DNA of 64,000 bases from Minisyncoccota bacterium (GCA_018062285.1 JAGOSO010000004.1:3491-67490); one strand, 5' to 3'; shown: positions 1-9,998, numbered from the stretch's first letter. Numbers and translations are program-made. The notes: generated by a model from the sequence alone, not told the origin.

Positions 1-36
1 ACTTCTGGCGCAGGTTCAAATTACACTCTCGGTCAG

Positions 37-3000
37 ATGACATTTGCTTCTGGTTCGTCATTGTCATTCGGAACTTACAATATTGGCACAGGGAACAAAG
101 GGAGTATTGATTTCGTGACTGCATCAACTTCAAGAATGTTCATCTCAAGTACCGGTAATGTCGGTATTGGGACAACAAACCCAAATAATTTGTTAGAAAT
201 CTCAAAGGCTGCTAATGCAATTAGTATAATTCATCAAACAGATTCGATCGCTGGTGTAACAAAGTTTTCACAATTAATTTTAGCCAACGGGCCGACATAT
301 TTTGGGGCGAATGATAGGTCGTATCAGCTTGTAAATACTGCCACTAATGGTAATGCAGATGTTTATTTCCAATATTGGAATGGTAGTGTTTTCACTCAAC
401 CATTTTATATAACATCTGCTGGCAGCGTCGGCATTGGTACAACCGTCCCAGGCACTAAATTGGATGTCGTCGGTGGTGCTATCCGTGGAGACAATGAATT
501 GGCAATCGGTGGTCCAGCTAACTTTGGTTCAACATCAACTGTTAGTTATTCCCGCTTTGGTTCAGCTGCTACTGGTCACTCATTGAGTGCAAGTAACGAC
601 CTATTGATTAGTGGTAATGCTGAAATCGATGGCACCGCTTTCTTGGATGGTGTTTTGACTAGTGGTGCAACTGGCTCCAACTCCTTCGCTGGCTCATTGG
701 ATGTTTCTAAGGGCGTGTCATTCCCAAGCGGAAAGATAACAGCTACCGGTAATGTTGGTGTTGGTACGACAAATCCTGTAATGCCTCTTCATATTGCTCG
801 AGCCTATGGTGCCGGTACTGCTGCGTGGATTGGCCTAGAAAACACAACAGGAGGTGGTTATGGAGATTGGGCTTTATTTCAGACAAATAATAATGATTTA
901 TCCTTTGGATATGGCACAGGCGGTCCAATAACATCAAACCCAGCAGTTACGTTTGAATATGGTGGCAACGTCGGTATTGGTTCTACTGCGCCAGGCTATA
1001 AATTAGAAGTTAATGGCACGGGTTATTATAGTGGTGATTTAACAATTGCTGATGATCACGCTCTTAGATCTTCCGGTGGTGGCGCTTCATTGCTCGGCAG
1101 GGCATCTGCAACAGGGCAAATTTCATTGGGTTCTGGCGCGGTCGGAGATTATCTGGTCTTTAATGCTGGTGGCAGCGAAAAAGTAAGAATTAAGACTGAT
1201 GGCAATGTTGGCATCGGAACGACGAATCCAGTATCAAGATTGAATGTTAGTGGCGGTGATTTACAGGTTGAAACTGGACAAGGTAGGTTTAAGGGTTGGT
1301 ATAGTGCGGGTTCTGGTCTTGCTGCGGAAATAGGTATAAGTGGTGGGGAAGCTTATCTCATTGCTTATAATAGAACTACAGCAGCGTATTCTGCAGTCAA
1401 TCTTGGTACGGGTACTGTTAATCTACGCATGGATTCTGTTAATAGTGATATCGAATTAACTGGTGGCAATGTCGGTATTGGAACAACGGCACCTTCTGCC
1501 AGATTGCACGTTAAGAGTCCAAACGTTAATGTTTCGGCAATTGGTGGTTTGGTCGCTAACTCCACGTTCCTTGAGGGTGGTAATGCTGCTGCTGTTAGTT
1601 GGGGAATTGCGGCAGCCTACGATAACACTGGCGGTAAAATGATGCTTCAAGCAGTTGATCGCGCTGATACAACAGCGGGTGGTCTATTACTTAATCCTTA
1701 CGGTGGCAATATCGGCATCGGAACAACAGCTCCTGCCCAGAAATTGGATGTTGCTGGGCAGACCGTATTGGGTGGCGGAGCAGTGAGAACTTATGTGTTT
1801 ACGGATGGTTCGGCAGCATATGTTTCACAGACTGCTAGCGGTGCGGGCCAAGGTTTGGCCATGGGTGGGACCTGGTCTTGTCTTATGCTTAGTGGTGGCT
1901 GTGCAGCTACTGCCAATACTAGCGGTGCGACATTCAATGTTAATGGTGGGGTTGAGTATCTCGCAGGCACAGAAGCTACTAGAGGCACCGATACATATCT
2001 AAGATTAAATAATGCCGGAGGTTTTACTAGCGGTGTTTATACTCCGGGTAATTTCAGAGCAGACGGAGCTGTCCAGGCTGGTGGCACATCCTACTATATC
2101 AATAATACAACTTCTAATTTGAATAGTTTGACTCTTGCTGCAAATGAGACTGTCGCCGGGTATGTTTCTATCACTGGAGCATCGGACGGTAGTGGTAACC
2201 TCCGTTTCTCTGCGGCCAATCCATACATTTATGCTTCCTCGTATATCGTAATGCCGGGTGGGCTGTTTGTTTCAGGAGGCACCACATATATTGCAGGAGT
2301 TTTGAATGCTCGTGGAGGTATCCATAATGATGGTGCTGCTACTCTTGATATAACTGGTGGTACAAGTGGGTACACTAATTTTAGTGGTGGCAACGTCGGC
2401 ATTGGTTCAACCTCTCCAGCCGCAAAGCTTGATGTTGTTGGTTTGATTCGAAACTCTGCTCCATCGCAAGGTACTATCGAATTGTCTGGTTTGTTGCCAG
2501 GATACGCCGACAACACTTATCCAACACTTAAGACCAGCGGTACATCTATTTATCTTTCTGCTGCCGGTACGTATAGTGGCTATTTTGGAAATGCTGGTAT
2601 GTACGCTAGATCCTTCGTAGATTTTGATAGTGGAGGTTATTATCTTGATCCAGCAAGCACGTCAGTTTTGAATGTCACCAACGCAAGCCAAGTGTTTGTT
2701 GGTGGTGCCACCGCTTCGACTTGTGCCAGTGCTTGTAATTTTGCTGCTCAGGGCACATCTGGACAGTATGGGGCATACATATACAGAGCTTCTGCAACAG
2801 GCTCAGCTGAAATCGCAACATTCCGCTCTGATTACGATGGCACCAATACTTATTCCGCCAGTATTGTCGCCGATGGTTCTTATACTCAACGTTCTGACCG
2901 AAGATCCAAAGACAATATCGTATATTTGGATGGTGGTCAGATGGATATAATTAAACGCTTGAAACCAGCCAACTATACATTCATTGGTCGCTCAGATGTT

Positions 3001-4080
3001 AAGACTGGTTTGATTGCACAGGATGTCCAAGAAGTTATTCCAAGTTTAGTTTCAGAGACAACCGATGGTTTGCTGGCTCTTAATTACTCTGGCTTCACTC
3101 CTTTCCTGATTGGTGGTTTGCAAGAATTAGACAAGAGAGTTTCTTCACAGTCTACTGCTTTTGAAGATTTGCAGGCCAAGGTTTCATCTCTATCGTTAAC
3201 TGTTGATTCATTGTTGCACCCAGTTACTGGTTCAGCCCAAGTAACTGTTTCATATGCAAGTTCTTCTGTTGATGTGTTGGCCACTTTGGCTAGTGCTGTC
3301 ATGACCCGTGTCCAATCAATCTGGGCTTCTGGTGACGTTATCAGTGAAGGCGTAAAGAAAACTTACTATGGGGCTGTCTCTGCAATACAATTTGCTGTAG
3401 CTAATGTTTCTGACGCAATTAATAACTGGACCACTCGTGATATCGCTATCTCAAATACAGCCGATCAAAACACCAAAGATATGTTCACTGGCAATTCTGC
3501 TCAGGCTGCCGATGATTCTAAAGTTGATTTGAAAGAAAATGGTGATTACTTGGCTACCTATGGTGTTGATTCCACCAGGGGAGAGATTCAGCTTTCTGGT
3601 TCATCTCAGATCGTAAATGGCGAAGCTAGGGTATTCTTCGATTATTCATTCTCTTCTATTATTTCCGCCAGCACCTCAATTAAGTTGATTGTCACCCCAA
3701 CATCAGTCATGCAAGGCCAGCTCTATACTGATTCAAAGAGTCAATTCGGATTCGTGGTCAAAGAACTAAACGGCACAAGCAATGGCACATTCGATTGGTT
3801 GGTCATCGCTCGCCGCAAGGGTTTTGATAGTATTGTTGCAACCCCATCACCTACGCCACTAGTGGCCCCAGCCCCACAAGATCCACCAGCTTCTGGTTCT
3901 CCTGAATTAACTCCAACCCCGACACCAACCCCAGAGGCTAGCCCAACTCCAACACCCGAGGTAACACCAGACCCTACACCTGCTCCAACACCGACCCCAA
4001 CTCCCGAGGTGACACCTGATCCTACGCCTGCACCAACACCGACCCCAGAAGTGACACCCGAAGTAACCCCAGCCCCATAA
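37..4080 (+). CDS. Large repetitive surface/fibre protein. It has tail-fibre-like GNVGIGTT(N/A)P...KL(D/H)V repeats, a peptidase S74 (intramolecular chaperone)-like domain and a C-terminal Pro/Thr-rich tail. The reading frame is open back to base 1, so the gene is probably 5'-partial.
   Basis: At least 8 copies of the GNVGIGTTxP motif; the segment SDRRSKDNIVYLDGGQMDIIKRLKPANYTFIG...GLIAQDVQEVIPSLV matches the Ser-Lys autoproteolytic chaperone domain of phage tail fibres/endosialidases; TPTPTPEVTPDPTPAP repeats at the end; no stop codon in frame in bases 1-36. Confidence 0.7.
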   Translation: MTFASGSSLSFGTYNIGTGNKGSIDFVTASTSRMFISSTGNVGIGTTNPNNLLEISKAANAISIIHQTDSIAGVTKFSQLILANGPTYFGANDRSYQLVNTATNGNADVYFQYWNGSVFTQPFYITSAGSVGIGTTVPGTKLDVVGGAIRGDNELAIGGPANFGSTSTVSYSRFGSAATGHSLSASNDLLISGNAEIDGTAFLDGVLTSGATGSNSFAGSLDVSKGVSFPSGKITATGNVGVGTTNPVMPLHIARAYGAGTAAWIGLENTTGGGYGDWALFQTNNNDLSFGYGTGGPITSNPAVTFEYGGNVGIGSTAPGYKLEVNGTGYYSGDLTIADDHALRSSGGGASLLGRASATGQISLGSGAVGDYLVFNAGGSEKVRIKTDGNVGIGTTNPVSRLNVSGGDLQVETGQGRFKGWYSAGSGLAAEIGISGGEAYLIAYNRTTAAYSAVNLGTGTVNLRMDSVNSDIELTGGNVGIGTTAPSARLHVKSPNVNVSAIGGLVANSTFLEGGNAAAVSWGIAAAYDNTGGKMMLQAVDRADTTAGGLLLNPYGGNIGIGTTAPAQKLDVAGQTVLGGGAVRTYVFTDGSAAYVSQTASGAGQGLAMGGTWSCLMLSGGCAATANTSGATFNVNGGVEYLAGTEATRGTDTYLRLNNAGGFTSGVYTPGNFRADGAVQAGGTSYYINNTTSNLNSLTLAANETVAGYVSITGASDGSGNLRFSAANPYIYASSYIVMPGGLFVSGGTTYIAGVLNARGGIHNDGAATLDITGGTSGYTNFSGGNVGIGSTSPAAKLDVVGLIRNSAPSQGTIELSGLLPGYADNTYPTLKTSGTSIYLSAAGTYSGYFGNAGMYARSFVDFDSGGYYLDPASTSVLNVTNASQVFVGGATASTCASACNFAAQGTSGQYGAYIYRASATGSAEIATFRSDYDGTNTYSASIVADGSYTQRSDRRSKDNIVYLDGGQMDIIKRLKPANYTFIGRSDVKTGLIAQDVQEVIPSLVSETTDGLLALNYSGFTPFLIGGLQELDKRVSSQSTAFEDLQAKVSSLSLTVDSLLHPVTGSAQVTVSYASSSVDVLATLASAVMTRVQSIWASGDVISEGVKKTYYGAVSAIQFAVANVSDAINNWTTRDIAISNTADQNTKDMFTGNSAQAADDSKVDLKENGDYLATYGVDSTRGEIQLSGSSQIVNGEARVFFDYSFSSIISASTSIKLIVTPTSVMQGQLYTDSKSQFGFVVKELNGTSNGTFDWLVIARRKGFDSIVATPSPTPLVAPAPQDPPASGSPELTPTPTPTPEASPTPTPEVTPDPTPAPTPTPTPEVTPDPTPAPTPTPEVTPEVTPAP

Positions 4081-4541
4081 ATTTCTAATTAACCTAATTA
4101 TCTAATTTCTAAAAAATGACCAATGGCCCAATAAGCCAAAAACCAAAGGTATACGATTTGGAAGAAAGAACTGCTAAGTTTGGAGAGGAAGTGATTTTGT
4201 TTTGTATGTCTTTGCCTAAGAATTAAATTACGAAACCATTAATAAATCAGCTAGGTAAATGCGGGACAAGTATCGGTGCTAATTATTCTGAAGCGGATGA
4301 TGCCGAAAGCCAGAAAGATTTTAAGCACAAAATCGGTATTTGTAAGAAAGAGAGTAGGGAATCTAAACATTTTTTAAGGATGATGGCCGTTGCTTTGCCA
4401 GAATCAAAGGAATCATTGAGGAGGCTGTGGACCGAAGCAAAAGAACTGAATCTAATCTTTAACTCTATTTATAGGAAAGTTTAGGGTTTTAGGCCTTGTT
4501 TATTTCTTAGGTCAATTAGGAATTAGGTAATTAGAAATTAG
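4081..4541. repeat. Inverted repeats of about 20 bp (atttctaattaacctaatta / taattaggtaattagaaat) bracketing the frameshifted four-helix-bundle gene
   Basis: The reverse complement of 4521-4541 matches 4081-4100 apart from one indel. Confidence 0.4.
4116..4474 (+). pseudogene. Four-helix-bundle protein (the family found in 23S rRNA intervening sequences) interrupted by a frameshift
   Basis: N-terminal part MTNGPISQKPKVYDLEERTAKFGEEVILFCMSLPKN* (4116-4226). The C-terminal part LGKCGTSIGANYSEADDAESQKDFKHKIGICKKESRESKHFLRMM... continues in another frame up to the TAG at 4472-4474. The two parts together span the typical ~115-aa protein. Confidence 0.6.
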
Positions 4542-4695
4542 TTTATTTCTTAGGTTTTTCTATGGCGTCGCCTGTTTATATTGTCCTTGCTAGGGCTTGT
4601 TTATTATTGCTATAATTTAGGTAATAAAAACGATGCTTCAGGCGCCACCTATCCGGAGATGAATGCACGGATAGGCGACTCCTTAAGCGTCCATT

Positions 4696-7092
4696 GTGAT
4701 GGACATGTCTTTCATGGGAAATGCCTCTGCACCTGAGGTGCAAGCAGATTTGGCGATGGCTCGTACTAGTAGCAGAAGTTCAGGAGGGGAACGCAGTGTT
4801 TATCAGACCATTGTTAAATGGTCTTTAATGGTAGGTGTGTTTTTAATTCCAGTATTGTTTTTGCCTTGGACAACGGGAGTTCTTGAGTTAAACAAGAGTT
4901 TGCTCGTTTTGGCTGTAGCTGGCACTGGATTGATTGCATGGTTGTTGTCTTTGGTTTCAAGTGGCCGCTTTGAATGGCGCTCCAATGTCTTGGACAAGGG
5001 TGTTCTTGCGGTTCTAGTTGCTACAATCATTGGCACAGTTTTTTCAATCTCTCGTTTCGGTAGTTTGGTTGGCACTGCGAACAACTTGGCCGCATCTTTG
5101 TTGATGGTCAGTGCTTTCTCTATTATTTATTTTTTGGTTGTAAATTCCTCCGAAGATAAGGGTCAAAGGTTAGTCAATATTTTCAGCGTTTCTGTCTCTT
5201 TGGTTTTACTCTACGGCTTCCTGCAGGTTATGGGCGTACACATACTAAAATATATTAGCTTCTTTAAATTCACCGACTCTAATGCATTCAACATGGTCGG
5301 CTCTGTTAATGGTCTTGGTGTTTTGGCTGCTATTGTCTTGCCAATACTAGGTGGGATTAAGACTCGTGGCTGGTTAAGATACGTTAACATTCTCGGTGTG
5401 ACAATGGCCCTTGCTTTGTTGGTTGTCTTGAATTGGTGGGTACTTTGGACTATTGCCATTGTTGGTATGGCTGGTTGGATTACTTTTGAAAGTTTGGTTC
5501 ATGAAAAGTTTTCTATTTCTCGATTTGTTTTGCCAATGACCGTTATTGTTATTGGAGTCTTCTTGATGGTTGTTAATTTTAACTTAACTGCCATAAAGAA
5601 TAGTCTTCCAACAGAAATCGCTCCTTCCTTTAGTTTGTCGACCAATGTTACAAAATCAGTTTTGAAAGAGAGTTTTGCTACTGGTTATGGTCCAACTGCG
5701 TTTTCGATTGCTTTTGATAAGTTTGGTGCTGGCCAGTTGGCCAATTCGACTATTTCCAGTGCTCGATTCTTCGCTGGCACTTCCGAAATATTTAACTTGA
5801 TTGTTGGTGGTGGGTTGGTGATGGTCTTGGCTCTTATTGTCATGCTTTGGTCCTTTGTTCAGGGGGTCAGTCGTTATATAAAAGAAAAGCAGACCTTAAC
5901 TAGTTCTAATGCTCAGTATCTTTGGGCCAGTCTTTGTGCTGTTGGTGCTGCCTTGCTTTTGTACCCATTCAACATGACTTTGATGTTTGTCGCTTATCTA
6001 GTTTTGGCCTTGGCCGTATTGTCTCTTTGGGGCAATGACTCAAAAACTTACGACGCCGAACACAGTATTGGGGTTTCCCTTGTCTCATCTCTAGGTTTTA
6101 TTGCTGGATTAATTTTGGCTCTCGTTGGTGCCTATTTTGGTGCCTCCGCTTATGTGGCTGATGTTCAGTATGCCAAAGCTTTGAGCGAAAAGGACATAAA
6201 CAAAGCATCTGCTTACTTGGTCAGTGCTGTTAACTGGAACGGTCAAAGTGATACTTATTATCGCACCGCTTCTCAAGCTGCCCTTGGTTTACTAGGTGCT
6301 GAGTTAAACAAGAAAGAAGATAAGGCAGACACACAACAGGCCGCTCGTATCCAAAATTATATGACCTCTGCAATTAATTTGGCCAAGAAAGCGACAGAGT
6401 TGGGGCCAAAAGAATCTTTGAACTGGAATAATCTTGGGGCTGTCTATCAAAACTTGCTTGGTTTGGTGGGTGGTGTTGATGCTTTGGCTACCAGTGCTTA
6501 TCAAAAAGCGTCAGAGCTTAGACCGGGGGACGCATCATTCAATAATGCTATAGGCAATCTTTACTTAACCGAAGCTCAGCTGTTGCGACAGGCTGCTTCT
6601 GGAAATAAAGACTCTGCCCAGTTGATTCAACAGGCCAATGCTGCCCTTGCTCTCGCCGAAACTAATTACAAAAAAGCCGTAGACATGTCTAGTAATTTTG
6701 GTCTAGCTATTTATAACCTTGGCGTCGTCTATGACCAAGAAGGTAAATTGCCAGAAGCAATTAAACAATTAGAGAAGATCGCCCCGTTTAATAGCGATCA
6801 ACCAAATTTGTTATTTGAACTTGGTTTGCTCTACTATCGAAACGGCGACAAAGACAAAGCCTTCACGACATTGCAGCAAGTCTTAGTTCTTCAGCCAGAT
6901 TACTCTAATGCCAATTGGTATCTCGCCCTTATCTACGAAGAGAGAAAAGACACCCCTAACGCCGTTGCTCAGTTGAACAAAATTCTTTCCGTGGAAGCTA
7001 ACAAGGAAAACCAGACGGTCTTGGACAAATTGCATCAACTTGAAGCTGGTCTAGTTGCACCAGTAAAAGGTATTAACCAGAAACCTCTCTAA
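4696..7092 (+). CDS. Polytopic membrane protein (O-antigen-ligase/Wzy-like) with C-terminal TPR repeats
   Basis: At least 10 predicted TM helices in the N-terminal 450 aa; the C-terminal 300 aa has TPR-like repeats (YNLGVVYDQEGKLPEAI, LGLLYYRNGDKDKA, WYLALIYEERKD). Confidence 0.55.
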   Translation: MMDMSFMGNASAPEVQADLAMARTSSRSSGGERSVYQTIVKWSLMVGVFLIPVLFLPWTTGVLELNKSLLVLAVAGTGLIAWLLSLVSSGRFEWRSNVLDKGVLAVLVATIIGTVFSISRFGSLVGTANNLAASLLMVSAFSIIYFLVVNSSEDKGQRLVNIFSVSVSLVLLYGFLQVMGVHILKYISFFKFTDSNAFNMVGSVNGLGVLAAIVLPILGGIKTRGWLRYVNILGVTMALALLVVLNWWVLWTIAIVGMAGWITFESLVHEKFSISRFVLPMTVIVIGVFLMVVNFNLTAIKNSLPTEIAPSFSLSTNVTKSVLKESFATGYGPTAFSIAFDKFGAGQLANSTISSARFFAGTSEIFNLIVGGGLVMVLALIVMLWSFVQGVSRYIKEKQTLTSSNAQYLWASLCAVGAALLLYPFNMTLMFVAYLVLALAVLSLWGNDSKTYDAEHSIGVSLVSSLGFIAGLILALVGAYFGASAYVADVQYAKALSEKDINKASAYLVSAVNWNGQSDTYYRTASQAALGLLGAELNKKEDKADTQQAARIQNYMTSAINLAKKATELGPKESLNWNNLGAVYQNLLGLVGGVDALATSAYQKASELRPGDASFNNAIGNLYLTEAQLLRQAASGNKDSAQLIQQANAALALAETNYKKAVDMSSNFGLAIYNLGVVYDQEGKLPEAIKQLEKIAPFNSDQPNLLFELGLLYYRNGDKDKAFTTLQQVLVLQPDYSNANWYLALIYEERKDTPNAVAQLNKILSVEANKENQTVLDKLHQLEAGLVAPVKGINQKPL

Positions 7093-7099
7093 GCGGTAA

Positions 7100-8092
7100 A
7101 TGAATTATCGGACCCATAAAAAGCAGATCACTATCACAGTCACCACTCTGGTGGCTGTGATAGTTTTATGGCTTGGCTGGGTTATTTTTGTTCCGACCTC
7201 AGCAACCAAAACATCGAATAGTGTCCATGTGGGCTCTGGCCAGAGTCTGAGTACTATTGCTAATGTTTTAAAAAATAAAGGCTTAATAAGAAGTACGGCC
7301 GTTTTCCGTTTTTATCTTTCTGGGTTAGGAAGAGAAAGAAATTTAAAAGCAGGTGATTATTTAATCCCAACAGGCTCGACTCTCAATGATATAGCGATGC
7401 AAATATCTGGAGGTCGGGGAGTTTCAACGGATATTGAAGTTTTTATTCCCGAAGGTTTTAATATTTGGGAAATTGATAAACGTTTAGCTGACGCAAAATT
7501 AATCAAAGAAGGGGAATTTGTGACGGCCTATGGCTCAAGGGAGGGTTATTTGTTCCCAGATACTTATCGTTTTAAGCCCAACAGTTCTTTGTGGGAAATT
7601 GAACAAAAAATGGAACTGAATGGCCAAGAAAAAACCAAAGACCTAATTGGTGGATTGACTGCTCCGATGAGAGATAAGATTTTGACGATTGCCTCCATAA
7701 TCGAGAAAGAAGCTCGTCTTCAGTCTGACATGGAGCTCGTTTCAGGGGTCATCGACAATCGTACTAAAATCCAAATGCCTTTAGCTATTGATGCTACTGT
7801 GGCCTATGGTGCATGTATCAGAATATTTAATTCATCTAAGACAAAAGACTGTGATGTTACTCAGATTGGAGTGGGCAAAGAAATTAAGATAGATTCACCT
7901 TATAATACTTATACACGTGCGGGACTTCCGATTCGCCCAATTTCAAATCCTGGATTGAATTCTATTGAAGCCGCCCTTAATCCAAAAGGAAATTATTATT
8001 ACTATCTTTCTACTCGTGATGGGAGCCAGATTATTTTCTCAAAAACCGGAAATGAGCACGCAGTTAATCGCCGCAAGTACTTAGGTCTGTAG
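7100..8092 (+). CDS. mltG: Endolytic murein transglycosylase MltG (YceG family)
   Basis: N-terminal TM anchor, YceG-like core, characteristic C-terminus ...YYYYLSTRDGSQIIFSKTGNEH. Confidence 0.8.
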   Translation: MNYRTHKKQITITVTTLVAVIVLWLGWVIFVPTSATKTSNSVHVGSGQSLSTIANVLKNKGLIRSTAVFRFYLSGLGRERNLKAGDYLIPTGSTLNDIAMQISGGRGVSTDIEVFIPEGFNIWEIDKRLADAKLIKEGEFVTAYGSREGYLFPDTYRFKPNSSLWEIEQKMELNGQEKTKDLIGGLTAPMRDKILTIASIIEKEARLQSDMELVSGVIDNRTKIQMPLAIDATVAYGACIRIFNSSKTKDCDVTQIGVGKEIKIDSPYNTYTRAGLPIRPISNPGLNSIEAALNPKGNYYYYLSTRDGSQIIFSKTGNEHAVNRRKYLGL

Positions 8093-8141
8093 CTCTTTAC
8101 GTAATGGCAGTTTTGTAGTATGGTATTTCCAAGGGGGATGC

Positions 8142-8531
8142 ATGTATACAGCTATTTGGGGTTATCTTGTTGTTGCGGCTAGCGCCTTCTCGACTCTTGT
8201 CCTTCTCGTGATGGCTTTTGTCAGCTGGTTCCTTTCGGACGTTTGGACCAATCCCGAGCCTGAGCAAAAGACGGCTCTTCGGATATTGCATTTCTTTTCT
8301 TTCGTCCTGCTTTGTGTGAAATGGCTGGTTCACTCCTGGACCTATTTTTCACAAGGTTCTTGGATCGGAACTATTTGGTATTTTTCTCTTTCAGCCTTCG
8401 TGGCTTTCTATATTTTCGTCTATTTCCCTTGGTACATGAGGCAGGTCTATGTGATCAGGCCGAGGCGAGACAAGATGGAGATTGCCCGCAGGAATTTGGA
8501 GAATTACCAAAAAAACAGCTTGGTTGACTAG
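8142..8531 (+). CDS. Small hypothetical membrane protein
   Basis: Four hydrophobic helices; followed by a terminator. Confidence 0.4.
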   Translation: MYTAIWGYLVVAASAFSTLVLLVMAFVSWFLSDVWTNPEPEQKTALRILHFFSFVLLCVKWLVHSWTYFSQGSWIGTIWYFSLSAFVAFYIFVYFPWYMRQVYVIRPRRDKMEIARRNLENYQKNSLVD

Positions 8532-8548
8532 TTGAGTCAGGATGACCC

Positions 8549-8570
8549 AGGCCCGCTTCGGCGGGCCTTT
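8549..8570 (+). terminator. Intrinsic terminator (GGCCCGC-ttcg-GCGGGCC-TTT)
   Basis: GC stem plus T-tract. Confidence 0.5.
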
Positions 8571-8739
8571 ACTATTCTTGGCTTTATTGGTAATATATGT
8601 AGGTACATCGTAGACAGGGCATTAATCGCCCCGAGATGAAGCACTCAAGCCCTCAAAGGCTGGTCGAAGCTTTATTCCTACGGTTAATACGTAGTTTTAT
8701 TTTTTGTCCAAGAACGTAGTGATTGGTTACAAAAATTAA

Positions 8740-8803
8740 CCCTCACACCTAGTCAGCGATAGCCATTCTGGCATCGCAGACATTCGCCGACTAGGTGTGA
8801 GGG
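8740..8803. repeat. Palindromic element: 15-bp stem CCCTCACACCTAGTC / GACTAGGTGTGAGGG around a 34-nt loop, in the rplJ upstream region. It looks like the empty version of the element that carries the GIY-YIG ORF at 22855-23152.
   Basis: Perfect 15-bp inverted repeat; the same arm sequence (with one substitution) flanks ORF 22881-23144. Confidence 0.5.
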
Positions 8804-8848
8804 TGCAAGAATTTGTAACTGTTCGTTTCGCTCACAGACAAATTTAGC

Positions 8849-9472
8849 ATGAAAACCAAAGTACAGAAAAAAGAAGAGTTGAAATCACTGCAAGCTAAAT
8901 TACCGCAATCTCAGATTACGGTTTTTACCTCGTTTGCTCGTGTCGGAGAGAAGGGTCTTTCTGTCGCCCAAATGACGCAGTTGAAGCGCTTGTTGCGTGA
9001 ATCTAAGTCTGAGTATGTCGTCACCAAGAAGACTTTAGTCGAACGTGCTGCTAAGGAAATGTCCAAAGACGCACCGATTAATGTCTATGAAATGACCGGC
9101 TCTTTGGGCTTAGTCGTTGGTATGGAAGAACCTTATGGCTTAGCCAAGAAAATTTACGATTTCTCTAAAAAGAATCCAGCATTGAAGTTTTTCGGTGCTT
9201 TCGTAAACGGTGCTTTCGTATCAAAAGAAGAATTTTTAGAGATGGCCAAAATGCCATCGAAGGAAGTTCTTATTGGTCGCTTGTTGGGTATGATGAAATA
9301 TCCTATTACGAGCTTGTATGTCGTAATGACTGAAGTGGCCAAGAAAAAAGGTGCAGGTGCGCCTGCTCCGGTAGATGCGCCAGTAGTTGAAGCAGTCTCA
9401 GAAGCCCCAGCGGTAGAAGTACCAGCCGAGGCTTCAGCTGAAGCAGCTCCTGTCGAAACCCCAACGGCCTAA
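8849..9472 (+). CDS. rplJ: 50S ribosomal protein L10 with an Ala/Pro/Glu-rich C-terminal extension
   Basis: MKTKVQKKEELKSLQAKL...ITVFTSFARVGEKGLSVAQMTQLKRLL is typical of L10; it lies upstream of rplL. Confidence 0.9.
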   Translation: MKTKVQKKEELKSLQAKLPQSQITVFTSFARVGEKGLSVAQMTQLKRLLRESKSEYVVTKKTLVERAAKEMSKDAPINVYEMTGSLGLVVGMEEPYGLAKKIYDFSKKNPALKFFGAFVNGAFVSKEEFLEMAKMPSKEVLIGRLLGMMKYPITSLYVVMTEVAKKKGAGAPAPVDAPVVEAVSEAPAVEVPAEASAEAAPVETPTA

Positions 9473-9531
9473 TGGTCAGGGTCCCGATTCCTTAAAAAGG
9501 GGAATCAGGAAAACAAATTAATTAAAATAAC

Positions 9532-9909
9532 ATGGCAATCAATAAAGACGATTTCATTTCGCAAGTTGAATCCATGACCGTCACCGAGTTAAATGACTTG
9601 GTTAAGGCATTGGAAGAAAAGTTTGGCGTATCAGCCGCTTCTTTCGCCGCTGCTGGAGCCCCAGCCGCCGGTGGTGCTGCTGAAGCAGGTGAAGAGAAGG
9701 ATAGTTTCACTGTAGTTTTGAAAGATGCTGGTTCTGCAAAGATCCAAGTTATCAAAGCCCTCCGTGAAATCACTGGTCTTGGTCTTAAAGAAGCCAAGGA
9801 CATGACAGACAAAGCTGGCTCAACCGTAAAGGAAGGAGTCAAGAAAGCCGAAGCCGACGAGATGAAGAAGAAACTCGAAGAGGCCGGCGCTGTCGTCGAA
9901 CTCAAGTAA
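9532..9909 (+). CDS. rplL: 50S ribosomal protein L7/L12
   Basis: Ala-rich hinge and a C-terminal domain [56 protein letters not shown]. Confidence 0.9.
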   Translation: MAINKDDFISQVESMTVTELNDLVKALEEKFGVSAASFAAAGAPAAGGAAEAGEEKDSFTVVLKDAGSAKIQVIKALREITGLGLKEAKDMTDKAGSTVKEGVKKAEADEMKKKLEEAGAVVELK

Positions 9910-9927
9910 TTAATACTCAGAGTAATA

Positions 9928-9955
9928 GAAAAGGCCCTTTTAGGGGCCTTTTCTA
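9928..9955 (+). terminator. Intrinsic terminator downstream of rplL
   Basis: AAAAGGCCC-tttta-GGGGCCTTTT. Confidence 0.6.
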
Positions 9956-9969
9956 TTAGATTAATAGCA

Positions 9970-9998
9970 TTGACTTTTCCCTATTTTTGTGCTATTAT
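9970..9998 (+). promoter_or_regulatory. Sigma70-like promoter TTGACT-17-TATTAT
   Basis: Consensus spacing; located upstream of the GC-rich ORF at 10075. Confidence 0.5.
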
